This document shows, piece by piece, positions 7,348 to 16,726 of a stretch of 64,000 nt of DNA (within the stretch, counting starts at the first letter, position 1; each line of letters begins with the position of its first letter). The notes under the pieces were generated by a model. It worked only from the letters and a program-made list of their open reading frames with translations. It was not told the origin of the DNA and searched no databases. Location: the NCBI GenBank assembly GCA_964481395.1, contig CAYZYG010000013.1, forward strand, positions 1,452 to 65,451, in the 5' to 3' direction. Both the position numbers and the translations under genes were made by a program. This stretch comes from an uncultured Vicinamibacterales bacterium. GTDB taxonomy: Bacteria > Acidobacteriota > Vicinamibacteria > Vicinamibacterales > JAKQTR01.

Positions 7348-8856
7348 TTAGGCGATTGGCAGCGTGAGTTCGAAAACGGTCTCGACGCCGGGGGTGGAGC
7401 GAGCGGTCACGCGGCCACCGTGACGATCGACGATCGCCTTGACGATGGACAACCCCAGCCCGCTGCCCCGCCCTTCGCCGCCGCGCGCGCGGTCGCCTTT
7501 GTAAAACCGGTCGAAGACGCGCTCCAGGTGCTCGGGTGAAATCCCTTCACCCGAGTCCCGTACCGACAGGACGACATCCGACGCGGCGCGCCGGGCGGTC
7601 AGTTCGAGGATCCCGTCCGGTCGGGCGTGCCGCAACGCGTTGGCCGCGAGGTTCTGCAGGGCCTGCTCCAGGCGACCGGCGTCTCCCCGGATGCGCTCCG
7701 CACCTGCCTCGACTGTCGCGCGCACGGCCACGCGTCTGGACGCGGCATCCTTCTCGTGCCGGTCGATGACCCGGCGGAACAGGTCGGCCACCTCGACGTC
7801 AGCCACTTCGAGTTGCAGAGCACCGGCGTCGAGCCGGGCAAGGTCCAGCAGATCACCGACGATCCGTTCGAGGCGGTCCGACTCCTCGAGCGCAATCGAC
7901 ACGTACTTCGCGCGCCTGGCGTCGTCCAGCTCAAGCTCAGCCATGGACAGCGTCTCGAGATAGCCACGAATCGCGGTCAGGGGCGTCCTGAGTTCGTGCG
8001 ACACGTCCGCCAGGAGCTGCCGGCGCGACTCGTCGGCCGCGCGAAGCGCGCCGGCCCTCGCCGCGAGATCGGCAGCCATCTGGTTGAAGGCCCGTGCCAC
8101 CGAGGCGATTTCGTCACCGCCGTTCTCCGGGGCGCGCGAGGCGGTCTCGCCCGCGCCAACACGCCGGGCGGCCTCTTCGAGTTGGCGGAGCCGCAGGTGC
8201 GCCGGACGGAAAATCAGCAGCGCCGCGAGGCCGGTCCCGAGGAGCGTCAGCCCGATTGTCATGGCGAGCAGGAGCGGCCCGTAGGCTCTGAGCAGGCCGG
8301 GAAGGACGGGGCCGACCAGCGCGACGACGACGCCAACGACGCGGCCGCCCGCCACGACCTGCGCCATCCCGACGAGCGGCGGCCCCAGGCCCATGCCTCC
8401 TCTGCCGCCGGGGTCGCCCGGCGGCCGGCCGGGAGGCGGATCACCCGCGAACGGCTCGCCGGACGGACGCGGTCCGCCCTCCGCCCCGAACCGACGGGAG
8501 AATCGGAGCCGCCGTTCCGCGGCTTCGATGAGCGACAGCGGAAGCTGCACGTCCTGGTGCGACGTGAAGACCCGGTTGTTCGGCATGACCACGCCCACCG
8601 GGTGGACAGCGTCGCCGTAGTGCTCGCGGAGCCACGGGCCGACATCCAGCTCGGGATCCGCGTCGAGCGCGGTCCCGAGATCGGAGGCCACCAACGCTGC
8701 CTGTCCGAACGGTGTTCGCGTGCGGCTCTCACTGGTCTCTCGGGCCGCCAGCCAGAGGAACATGGCAGCCTGAACGACGAGCAACACGCCCAGCACGGCC
8801 ACGAAGCCGAGAGCGATCCGCCAGTAGAGGCTGCGAGGCCACGCCTGCTCAGACAT
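7348..8856 (-). CDS. sensor histidine kinase (two TM helices, HAMP, HisKA, HATPase_c)
   Basis: H-box LADVSHELRTPLTAIRGY; G-box GSGLGLSIVKAIVDRHGG; HAMP segment. ATG 8856 overlaps the response-regulator stop by 8 nt. The track ORF extends to 8952, but that part lies inside the RR gene. Confidence 0.9.
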   Translation of the reverse strand: MSEQAWPRSLYWRIALGFVAVLGVLLVVQAAMFLWLAARETSESRTRTPFGQAALVASDLGTALDADPELDVGPWLREHYGDAVHPVGVVMPNNRVFTSHQDVQLPLSLIEAAERRLRFSRRFGAEGGPRPSGEPFAGDPPPGRPPGDPGGRGGMGLGPPLVGMAQVVAGGRVVGVVVALVGPVLPGLLRAYGPLLLAMTIGLTLLGTGLAALLIFRPAHLRLRQLEEAARRVGAGETASRAPENGGDEIASVARAFNQMAADLAARAGALRAADESRRQLLADVSHELRTPLTAIRGYLETLSMAELELDDARRAKYVSIALEESDRLERIVGDLLDLARLDAGALQLEVADVEVADLFRRVIDRHEKDAASRRVAVRATVEAGAERIRGDAGRLEQALQNLAANALRHARPDGILELTARRAASDVVLSVRDSGEGISPEHLERVFDRFYKGDRARGGEGRGSGLGLSIVKAIVDRHGGRVTARSTPGVETVFELTLPIA

Positions 8857-9592
8857 CGGAGAACTTGTACCCCGCGCCCCACACCGTGACGATGTAGCGG
8901 GGCTGTTCGGTGGAGGGCTCGATCTTCCGGCGGAGGCGTTTGACCAGCGCATCCACGCTCCGGTCGGTCACGTTGGCCTCACCGCGCCACACCCGGCGCA
9001 GCAGAGCCTCGCGGCTGAAGATGATCCCGGGGTGAGCGGCCAGCGTGTGCAGCAGCCTGAATTCCTGCGTCGTCAGTTCGATTGAGCGGCCTCCAGCCAC
9101 GACTCGCTGGCGCGCCGGGTCGATCTCGAGATCGGCCACGTGGAGCGGCGGCGGCAGCTCGAGATCGTGCTCATCGCCGGATGCTGCCTGGTCGGCCGGC
9201 GAAACGCCGTGCTGTTCGGCGCGGCGCATGAGCGCCCGCACGCGCGCGATGAGTTCGCGCACGCCAAAGGGCTTGGTGAGGTAGTCATCGGCGCCGCTCT
9301 CGAGGCCGAGCACCTTGTCCGACTCGTCGCGGCGCGCCGTGAGCATCAGGATGGGCGTGCGCTGGTTCGGCCCGTCCCGCCGGGCTGCCCGGCAGAGCGC
9401 AAAGCCGTCGACACTCGGAATCATCAGATCCAGCACCAGAAGGTCGAACGGCTCCCGGGCCAGCGTCCGCAACGCCTCGCGGCCGTCGCCGACGGGCACG
9501 CAGGCGAAGCCCTCCAGCTCCAGGTGCAGGCAGACGAGATCGCGGATGTGCGCCTCGTCTTCGACGACCAGCGCCCGTCGGCGTTCGGTCAT
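8849..9592 (-). CDS. OmpR-family DNA-binding response regulator
   Basis: Receiver domain (ALVVEDEAHIRDLV...LLVLDLMIP...LMLTAR...KPF) plus a winged-helix C-terminus (YIVTVWGAGYKF). GGGAGA RBS. Confidence 0.9.
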   Translation of the reverse strand: MTERRRALVVEDEAHIRDLVCLHLELEGFACVPVGDGREALRTLAREPFDLLVLDLMIPSVDGFALCRAARRDGPNQRTPILMLTARRDESDKVLGLESGADDYLTKPFGVRELIARVRALMRRAEQHGVSPADQAASGDEHDLELPPPLHVADLEIDPARQRVVAGGRSIELTTQEFRLLHTLAAHPGIIFSREALLRRVWRGEANVTDRSVDALVKRLRRKIEPSTEQPRYIVTVWGAGYKFSDV

Positions 9593-9779
9593 CTCAGTCT
9601 CCCTGTCACAGTCTTTTCACAGGCCGGCCGCACGTGCATCATCGCCCCCATAGTCTAATCGTTCAGAACCAACGGAGACCGTGAATCTGGCGCCGACGCC
9701 AGGTTGCGGGGCTCAAGGGAACACGCAGGCAACCCGGGCCAGGCCGAGACCGGCCCGGAGAGCGCGACGGGAGGTTGCG

Positions 9780-10457
9780 ATGAACACGAGAGATAACCGG
9801 CTGGTGAAGGCTGTGGCCGCCGGCGCGGCGGCTGTGATGGTACTCGGTCTCGCATCGGTGGGGACGCAGGCGGAGCGCCCGCAGGGGGACCGCCAGCAGG
9901 TGCAGGGGCCGGTCGGGCCTGGCGGCGGGCCCGGTCGCGGCATGATGGGCCGGCCGGGCATGGGCGGGCCCGGCATGGGCCGGCCGGGTATGGGCGTACC
10001 CGGCATGCGAGGACCCGGCATGCGAGGCGGACCTGGCGGGCCACTCGGGATCCTCGGTCCCGCAGCCCGCGCACTGGAACTCACCGACGCCCAGCACGAG
10101 CAGATCCGCGGCGTGATGGAGTCGCACAAGACCGCGTTCGAATCGCTCGGCCCGAAGCTCGCAGAGGCGCGCAAGGCGCTGCACGACGCGATCACGGCCG
10201 ACGTCGTGGACGAGGCAGCCATCCGCGCGCAGGCGGCGGCTGTCGCCGCGATTGAAGCCGACGAGGCCGTGCTCCGCGCGACGGTGCACTCCGAGGTGGT
10301 GAAGGTGCTTACGGCCGAGCAGCAGGAGAGACTGAAGACGCTGAAGGCCGAAGGCGAAAAACGGATGCAGGAACGGTCCGAGCGCGTCCGTCAGCGCCGC
10401 GAACAGATTCGGCAGTACCAGGACACGATGCCGATTGGGGACCCCGGGCTCGTCTAG
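9780..10457 (+). CDS. Spy/CpxP-family periplasmic protein (LTXXQ motifs) with Pro-Gly-Met repeat region
   Basis: GGGAGG RBS before ATG 9780. Signal peptide MNTRDNRLVKAVAAGAAAVMVLGLASVG. GRPGMGGPGMGRPGMGVPGMRGPGMRGGPGGP repeats. LTDAQ and LTAEQ motifs. Divergent from the RR-HK operon, as cpxP is from cpxRA. Confidence 0.75.
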   Translation: MNTRDNRLVKAVAAGAAAVMVLGLASVGTQAERPQGDRQQVQGPVGPGGGPGRGMMGRPGMGGPGMGRPGMGVPGMRGPGMRGGPGGPLGILGPAARALELTDAQHEQIRGVMESHKTAFESLGPKLAEARKALHDAITADVVDEAAIRAQAAAVAAIEADEAVLRATVHSEVVKVLTAEQQERLKTLKAEGEKRMQERSERVRQRREQIRQYQDTMPIGDPGLV

Positions 10458-10491
10458 GTCACTCCTCCCCTCCCTCCAGGAGCCCGGCTTG

Positions 10492-10525
10492 CGCGCGGGT
10501 CGGCCGGTGCCGGCCCGCGCGTTTC
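10492..10525 (+). terminator. putative terminator hairpin between convergent genes
   Basis: cgcgcgggtcg / cggcccgcgcg is an 11-bp stem with one mismatch, followed by a short T-run (gtttcc). Confidence 0.35.
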
Positions 10526-10538
10526 CTTCGTCGCCCGG

Positions 10539-11936
10539 TCAGCGGGCCCCGCGGCGCCGCAGCACGGTCTTGATCGTCGAGAAGATGATCAGCAGGTCCA
10601 GCAGCACGGACATGTTCTTGATGTAGAACAGATCGTACTGGAGCTTCTCCATCGTATCCTCGACGGTTGCGGCGTAGGCGTAGCGCACCTGGGCCCAGCC
10701 GCTCAGGCCGGGCTTCACCACGTGCCGCTGCCCGTAGAACGGGATCTGCTCGGTCAGGTCGAGCACGAACTCGGGCCGTTCCGGACGGGGCCCCACGAGG
10801 CTCATCTCGCCGACCAGGACGTTCCACAACTGCGGAAGCTCGTCCAGCCTCGTGCGGCGCAGGATGTGCCCGACCGGCGTCACGCGGGGATCGCGATCCG
10901 CCGCGAACACCGGGCCGCTCGCCGCTTCGGCATCGACGCGCATCGTCCGGAACTTGTGTATGGTGAACGTCCGGCCGCGCACGCCCACGCGCTTCTGGTG
11001 GTAGAGGATCGGACCGGGCGACGTGAGCTTGATGGCCGCCGCCACGGCAATCAGGACCGGCAGCCCGGCGAGCAGCCCGAACGCCGCGGCGGCGACATCC
11101 ACGACCCGCTTGACGATCAGCATCGCCCGCGGCTTGCGGAACCCGTCCGAGAACACGAGCCAGCTCGGCCGCAGGTTCTCGACGGCGATCCGGCCGGTGA
11201 ACTCCTCGTAGACCGAGGCCAGGTGATCGAAACGCACGCCGCGCAGCTTCAGGTCGAGCAGCGCATCCATGGGCAGGCGGCCCCTGGCGTCCCCAAGGCT
11301 GACCACGACGCGATCGACGCGGGTGTCGTCCACGATCTGCCGGAGCTCCGCGATGCTGCCGACGATGCCCGGGTTCCTGACGAAGGTCCGTACCTGGGAG
11401 GACTCGGCCTCGACGAAGCCGACGACCCGGACTCCCAGTTCGCGCTCGCGCCCCGCCAGTTCGTGGGCCAGCGTGACGGCAGCGGGCTTGGTTCCCAGGA
11501 ACAGAATCCGTTCGCCCGGCGCGAGCCGATCGACGATCTCGTCGAAGGCCGTTCGCCACAGGGGCACGAGGGCGAGGATGAAGCCGACGGTCAGGGCGAA
11601 CACGCCTCGACCGACAATGAGCCCCGGCGCGGCGGCGTAGAGCAGGGCAAAGGCGATCGTCGTGATCCCCAACGACTGCATCAGCCGGACGACCAGCTGA
11701 CGCGAATCCCGCTTGGCCTCCACGTCGTACAGGTCCGCCAGGTACAGGCCGAGCGGCAGCACGATGGCAACGAGCGCCAGTTTGACCAGGAAGGACGGCT
11801 CGCGCAGGCCGGCGCCGAACTCCGGTCCGAGCAGCAGAATGGCACTCGTGACGACCGAGGCGAGGATGAGTCCGGCATCGACGATGACCGGAAAGGCAAT
11901 GCGCCACGTGACGCGCTGATTCAGGACGAGGGCCAT
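10539..11936 (-). CDS. polyprenyl-phosphate glycosyl-1-phosphate (priming) sugar transferase, WbaP/EpsB-like
   Basis: N-terminal TM helices followed by the bacterial sugar transferase domain (PILYHQKRVGVRGRTFTIHKFRTM...DPRVTPVGHILRRTRLDELPQLWNVLVGEMSLVGPRPERP). Confidence 0.9.
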   Translation of the reverse strand: MALVLNQRVTWRIAFPVIVDAGLILASVVTSAILLLGPEFGAGLREPSFLVKLALVAIVLPLGLYLADLYDVEAKRDSRQLVVRLMQSLGITTIAFALLYAAAPGLIVGRGVFALTVGFILALVPLWRTAFDEIVDRLAPGERILFLGTKPAAVTLAHELAGRERELGVRVVGFVEAESSQVRTFVRNPGIVGSIAELRQIVDDTRVDRVVVSLGDARGRLPMDALLDLKLRGVRFDHLASVYEEFTGRIAVENLRPSWLVFSDGFRKPRAMLIVKRVVDVAAAAFGLLAGLPVLIAVAAAIKLTSPGPILYHQKRVGVRGRTFTIHKFRTMRVDAEAASGPVFAADRDPRVTPVGHILRRTRLDELPQLWNVLVGEMSLVGPRPERPEFVLDLTEQIPFYGQRHVVKPGLSGWAQVRYAYAATVEDTMEKLQYDLFYIKNMSVLLDLLIIFSTIKTVLRRRGAR

Positions 11937-11939
11937 GCC

Positions 11940-12800
11940 TTACCTCGCGGGGTACCCGTAATAGCCGTAACCGTAGCGCCCGCTCACCGTCTGTTCAGCC
12001 CGGTTCAGCACCGTGCCGAGCACCCGGTCCTTGCCGAGACTCGCCACAGTGCGCTGGACGATCTCGAACGGTGTCGATGCCGCGCCGACCACCAGCAGGA
12101 TCGCGTCGACGGCGGGGGCAAGGAGACCGGCATCCGGTACAAGCGCGGCCGGCGGGGTGTCGATCAGGGTGAAGTCGAACGCAGCCGACGCGTCCGCGAT
12201 GATGTGCCGCATGCGCGGCGACGTCAGGCCGCCGACGGGATCGTGCGTGGGACATCCGGCAGGCAGCAGCGCCAGCCCCTCCTGGAGCTGGATGGCCGGC
12301 GCCGGTCCCTCCTCGCTGCGCAGCTGCTCGCTCAAGCCGCGGGTGTTGGGCACCCTGAAGATCTCGTGCAGCGACGGCGCCCGGCGGTCGGCATCGATGA
12401 TCAGCGTGCGCCGGTGGAACGAGCGGGCCAGCGTCACCGCCAGGTTGGCAGTGGTCAGGCTCTTGCCTTCACCCGCGACCGACGATGTGATGAGGACGGA
12501 CCTGACCCCGCGCTCGGCCTGCGCATGGATCAGGGCGGCCGCCAGGCGCCGGTACTGTTCGACCGCGCCGTTCTGCCCCCGGGCGGGCACGGGTGTCCAT
12601 GCGGCGGTCTGCACGCGGGAGAACGGGGTCTCCTGCGGCGCAGGAGCGGACGGCCCGCGTCGCCCGCCCTCGACGATGTCGAAGCGCCCGGGGCCGTCGC
12701 GTCCGATGCCGGCCTGTCCTTCGCGTCCACGCGGCGACACCCCCTCCATGCCGTCGAAGAACCGCTCGCCCAGGCGTTCAGCCGTTGCCGTTCTGTTCAT
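11940..12800 (-). CDS. CpsD/CapB-type protein-tyrosine autokinase (cytosolic half of a split Wzc)
   Basis: Walker A SSVAGEGKSLTTANLA; A' LIIDADRRAPS; B FDFTLIDTPP. C-terminal tyrosine cluster GRYGYGYYGYPAR. GAGGA RBS. Confidence 0.9.
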   Translation of the reverse strand: MNRTATAERLGERFFDGMEGVSPRGREGQAGIGRDGPGRFDIVEGGRRGPSAPAPQETPFSRVQTAAWTPVPARGQNGAVEQYRRLAAALIHAQAERGVRSVLITSSVAGEGKSLTTANLAVTLARSFHRRTLIIDADRRAPSLHEIFRVPNTRGLSEQLRSEEGPAPAIQLQEGLALLPAGCPTHDPVGGLTSPRMRHIIADASAAFDFTLIDTPPAALVPDAGLLAPAVDAILLVVGAASTPFEIVQRTVASLGKDRVLGTVLNRAEQTVSGRYGYGYYGYPAR

Positions 12801-12810
12801 GTGAGCATCC

Positions 12811-14259
12811 TCAACGCGTTCGGCGCGGGGCCGGGCGGCCCAGATCCGGAATCAGCGCGAGCACCGGGAGCCCCAGCGTCGCGGTGATGTCCAACTCCGA
12901 CCGGATGCTGGTGTCCCGGTACTCGAGAAAGGCCCCGAGCCCGACGGCCAGGCCGAGGGCCGCCAGCAGGCCCAGCAGGAACTGGCTCCGGCGGCTCTTG
13001 CTGGACGGCATTTCCGGGAGTTGTGCCGATTCGATCAGCCTGAAGCGGTCCCCGAGGTCCTTCTGCTCCAGGTTCGCGGCCATGCCCGCCTCCTGGCGTT
13101 TGACGAGCAGGCTCGAGTAGAGCTTCTTCGTATCGTCGTGGTCCCGGCTCAGCGTGGCCAGCTCCGATTCACGGAGCGGCGTCGCGTCGATGCGCCGCGA
13201 GTAGTCGTCGATGCGCGCCCGCAGCTGACGCACCTGCTCCTGGTTCGACCCGATCCGTCGGTCGATGGTGTCGATCTGCGCCCGGAGGTCGCGGATCTGG
13301 AAGTCCCGCCGCAGGCTGGACGCGCTCGCGGCCGTCCCGGCTGGGCTACCGTCGGCGGCGGCCTGCTGTTCGAGCTTCGCGATGAGACGCTTCGCCCGCT
13401 GGATGTCCGGGTGCTCGGGCGTCAACCTCAGCTCGAGCGCCTTGAGCTGCGCCCGCGCGGTTTCGAGGGGATCGGCGCCGAGGGTGGACGCCGCGTCCAC
13501 GCCCGCCATGGGCAGGACCGTCTCCGGCAGGTTCTGGGCGGCCTCCAGCTGACGCTGGAGCAGGAGTTTCTGCTCCTGATCCCGGGCGATGGTGTCGAGC
13601 ACCGAACGCAGGTTGTTCTGGCTGTTGTTCAGTTCCTGGACGTTCATCGACAGCTGGGATGGCAGCTGGCCCGCGTGCTGCGACTTGTAGGCCTCGAGTT
13701 TCGCCTCCTGCTCATCGAGCGTCTTGCGGACGCTCTCGAGCTGCGCATCGAGGAAGCGGGTCGCCGCCTGGGCCTGCTCCTCTCGATCCCGGGAGTTCTC
13801 CTCGAGAAAGAGCGACGTGAGACGCGTCGCGACCTGCAGCGCCTTGTGCGGATCCTGGGCCACAAAACCCAGGTTGAACACGTCCTTGTCGGTGGACGTG
13901 AAGACGATTTCGCTGCGCATCCGGTCGAGCACGTAGTCCATCGGCACGCGCTGCCGCATGTCCGGGTACAGGTCGAGATCGGTGATGATGCTCTCGAGAC
14001 GCGGCCGCGTGAGGGTCGTGCGGCCGATGCTCTGGAGACGGTCGGACAGCCGCGCCTGCGGCGTCGTCCTGACGTAGGCGTCGGCCGCCGGCTCCGAGAC
14101 CACCTGGAGTGTCGCCACCGAGGTGTAACTGCGGGGCATCTGCAGCACGACGGCCAGCGCCACGAGCGCCAGCACGACGAACGCACCGGCCATCCAGATC
14201 CACCGCCGCCGGAGAGCCTCGATGACGTCCTGCGGTGTGTAGGTGCGGCCTGGGATCAC
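12811..14259 (-). CDS. polysaccharide chain-length determinant (Wzz/GumC-like, membrane half of split Wzc)
   Basis: N-terminal TM helix (WIWMAGAFVVLALVALAVVL), a long coiled-coil periplasmic region, and a C-terminal TM helix (FLLGLLAALGLAVGLGAFL). GTG start with AGGAGGA RBS. Confidence 0.85.
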   Translation of the reverse strand: MIPGRTYTPQDVIEALRRRWIWMAGAFVVLALVALAVVLQMPRSYTSVATLQVVSEPAADAYVRTTPQARLSDRLQSIGRTTLTRPRLESIITDLDLYPDMRQRVPMDYVLDRMRSEIVFTSTDKDVFNLGFVAQDPHKALQVATRLTSLFLEENSRDREEQAQAATRFLDAQLESVRKTLDEQEAKLEAYKSQHAGQLPSQLSMNVQELNNSQNNLRSVLDTIARDQEQKLLLQRQLEAAQNLPETVLPMAGVDAASTLGADPLETARAQLKALELRLTPEHPDIQRAKRLIAKLEQQAAADGSPAGTAASASSLRRDFQIRDLRAQIDTIDRRIGSNQEQVRQLRARIDDYSRRIDATPLRESELATLSRDHDDTKKLYSSLLVKRQEAGMAANLEQKDLGDRFRLIESAQLPEMPSSKSRRSQFLLGLLAALGLAVGLGAFLEYRDTSIRSELDITATLGLPVLALIPDLGRPAPRRTR

Positions 14260-14272
14260 GATGTCCGTCCTC

Positions 14273-15664
14273 CTACCGGGAAAGCGGAAGCCACAGGGAC
14301 ACGCTCCATCTGACGGCCCACCGGTTGATCGTGGGCGGAACGCCAGCAGGCACCGTACCTGCGTTGTCGAACACGTACTGGTTCATCAGCCCTTCGGCGT
14401 CGACGGCCAGGAACCTCGTGAGGGCCATCCGGAGCCTCGCCGATCCCTGCGCCGCGTCGTACCGGTCAGCCGTGAATCCGATCACGCCTTCCGAGTACCC
14501 ACCTTCGGCGAGCACTTCGACGCGACGTCCGAGGAACCCGCCCACGCTCGCCCGCACGGTGTTCACGAAGAACGGTTCCGCGAAGCCCTCCACCAGCTGG
14601 ACATCGCGGCCGAAGGCCCCTTCGATGAACCAGCCCTGCGTGAACTCGTGGCGGAGGTTCGCGGTCCCGAGGACCTTCCAGCCCTGTGCACCGCCTGCCT
14701 CGACCCGCGACGAGGCGGCAGAGAACCCGACGGTCGTCCGCCGCGATGGCGTGAGGGGCTTCAGCACGCGGAGGCCGACGTCGATGTCGTGCGCCTGGAG
14801 CCGTTCGTTCGTGCCCGGACCGTAGCGACCGGCCTGGTACGCGTAGCCGAGGAGCACGGAGACGTTCGGAGACAGGCGATACCCGAACCTCCCGCCGGCG
14901 GTGAGCGCGTGGACGTCGAGGCCAGGCTGATCGGCCCGCGTGTAGCGGAAACTCTGGTCGATCGCCACGTACGTGCGCGCCGACAGCTGGTGCTCGATGC
15001 CGAAGGACTCCCCGTACACGTACTGGTCGCGCCGGACCAGCAGATCGTCGCGGTTCGACGGAAGGATCGCGGTGCCGCCCGTCACGGCGACGGACGACGG
15101 AAACAGCGGCAGGATGTAGTACGGCTGCCGCTCAGCGAAGGCCGCGAGTTGCACGGTGTCGCGGCGACGGCGCCCGACGCGGCTGTCGAACCCGATGTCG
15201 GCCCGGAACCGCGGAGCGGTCGTGAGCGACGTCTCGCGGTAGTACCGGAACGCGCCCTCGCCGCGAAGGCCGAATCGCGTATAGCGGCCGGCCTGTTCGT
15301 ACGACAGGGAACCCCGCGCCGCCGTGAACCACCCGGTGGCGAGCACGTCGTCGGCGTTCGGATTCGGATAGTCCTCGGTGTTGCCGTATTCCTGGTAAAC
15401 GAAGCCCGTGAGATCGATCGCGTGTCCCCCGGGAGCGGCGGGGCTCCCGGCGCCGAACAACCCCCGGAACGGCGCGGCCGGCAGCGGCGGCGCCTCGGGT
15501 GTCGTCGCCTGGCCGGTCGGCTGCTGGACGGGCGGATCCTGAGGGGCCGCGGCTGCTCTGGCCTGTGCGCCCGTGGCGATCAGGCCGACCACGACGACGA
15601 CGGCGATCGTGCCACGCAACCGGGCGCGGCCGGCGGTCACCTGGTCTGTGTGCGGAACGCGCAT
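14273..15664 (-). CDS. putative outer-membrane beta-barrel protein of the EPS export operon
   Basis: Signal peptide, then alternating amphipathic beta-strand pattern rich in Y/G/R/F (GYAYQAGRY, FGYRLSPNVSVLLGY). Sits between the Wza-like and Wzz-like genes with 1-nt and 13-nt gaps. Specific family not recognised with certainty. Confidence 0.6.
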   Translation of the reverse strand: MRVPHTDQVTAGRARLRGTIAVVVVVGLIATGAQARAAAAPQDPPVQQPTGQATTPEAPPLPAAPFRGLFGAGSPAAPGGHAIDLTGFVYQEYGNTEDYPNPNADDVLATGWFTAARGSLSYEQAGRYTRFGLRGEGAFRYYRETSLTTAPRFRADIGFDSRVGRRRRDTVQLAAFAERQPYYILPLFPSSVAVTGGTAILPSNRDDLLVRRDQYVYGESFGIEHQLSARTYVAIDQSFRYTRADQPGLDVHALTAGGRFGYRLSPNVSVLLGYAYQAGRYGPGTNERLQAHDIDVGLRVLKPLTPSRRTTVGFSAASSRVEAGGAQGWKVLGTANLRHEFTQGWFIEGAFGRDVQLVEGFAEPFFVNTVRASVGGFLGRRVEVLAEGGYSEGVIGFTADRYDAAQGSARLRMALTRFLAVDAEGLMNQYVFDNAGTVPAGVPPTINRWAVRWSVSLWLPLSR

Positions 15665-15665
15665 G

Positions 15666-16310
15666 TCATGGCACCACGATCGTGTCGCCCGGCTTCAGGA
15701 TCAGGTTCTGGCTGAGATCCCGCTTCTTGACGACCTCGTCATAGTTGAACTCGAACGCAAGCTGCCGGCCGCTCTCGATCCGCGTAATCAGCACGTGTTT
15801 GCGATCGGCGAACTCGGTGAACCCGCCAGCCATGGCGATCACCTGCAGGACGGTGGTGGGGCCCGAGAGGACGTACGGTCCCGGGCGTATCACCTGCCCC
15901 GTCACGAAGGCGCGGTTGTTGTTGACCTGCTTGACGACTACCGTCACCACGGGGTCCCCGACGAACCGCTTGCCCAGTTCGGTGAGACGGCGGCGCAGTT
16001 GCTCGGTCGTGAGACCGGCCGCCTCCACGTCGTTGATGAGCGGAAGCGTAATCTTGCCGTCGGGCCGGATCGTGACCTCGCTCGACAGTTCCTTCTCTCC
16101 CCAGAACACGACGGAGAGGACGTCCGTCGGCCCGAGCCGGTAGTCCTCGCCCGGCGTCTGCGCTGCAGGCGCGGACGCGATGGCCTGCGCCATCGGCGCC
16201 TCCGGCGCCGCCGTCCGGTCCTGTCCCGTGACGGCCGCGTTCATCGCCAGGCTGCACAGGATGGCGCACGCCACCACCGAGCGCTCCCTCGCCGTTCGAT
16301 TGCTCATCAT
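15666..16310 (-). CDS. polysaccharide export protein (Wza-like Poly_export + SLBB)
   Basis: YRLGPTDVLSVVFWGEKELSSEVTIRPDGKITLPLINDVEAAGLT and VTGQVIRPGPY motifs. ATG-ATG at 16310 has GGGAG upstream. The upstream part of track ORF 15666..16697 has no coding character. Confidence 0.85.
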   Translation of the reverse strand: MMSNRTARERSVVACAILCSLAMNAAVTGQDRTAAPEAPMAQAIASAPAAQTPGEDYRLGPTDVLSVVFWGEKELSSEVTIRPDGKITLPLINDVEAAGLTTEQLRRRLTELGKRFVGDPVVTVVVKQVNNNRAFVTGQVIRPGPYVLSGPTTVLQVIAMAGGFTEFADRKHVLITRIESGRQLAFEFNYDEVVKKRDLSQNLILKPGDTIVVP

Positions 16311-16726
16311 CTCGACACTCCCAGGCCCCGGTCGCGGGACCTGCTGACGCGCACGAGCCGCTGGACGGCCTGGCGTCCTGCCCCGCCCCGTTGCAAGGCG
16401 GACGCCAACTCGCCCAGCGCGACCAGCCCCGATGTCCCTGCCGAAATCCGTGACACACCCTGCGGTCGGCATCGCGGATCGGGGCAGCGCGGTCCCGTTC
16501 TGCCACATCTTTTGTCGGTCATCGGCGTGGATTCCCTCATTTCGCGAGGAACCGTCCCGCGTCGGTCCGAGGCCGCGCCGGGCGCCACGCCCGCGGGGCG
16601 TCGCGTCCGCGGCCCGCAACACGCCGTTCCTTTGCGACGTGCAGCCGTGCGCACCGGCCGGAACGATCGGAATGTGACGAGGGAACCGGTCTTGCATGGT
16701 CCGGGGCAGCAGGAGGAAGACCTCTC

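Noticed and set aside
10722-12887. Very long ORFs antisense to, or out of frame with, recognised genes. Examples: 10722..12887(+), 59817..62219(+), 47717..49600(+), 33612..35225(+), 45859..47526(+), 14243..15715(+), 61900..63486(+), 16757..18034(-), 2750..3874(-), 38956..39942(-), 54581..55780(-), 56969..58420(-).
   Set aside because: These are typical shadow ORFs of GC-rich DNA. Their products are Arg/Pro/Gly/Ala/His-rich low-complexity strings with no recognisable motifs. In each case the other strand or frame encodes a protein with clear family signatures and strong third-position G/C bias.
16311-16726. Sigma-54 (-24 GG / -12 GC) promoters in the 416-bp divergent EPS control region, as expected for PrsK/PrsR-regulated PEP-CTERM loci.
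   Set aside because: I found TTGC/TGGC fragments, but none with the required GG-N10-GC spacing. I cannot support a call by eye.
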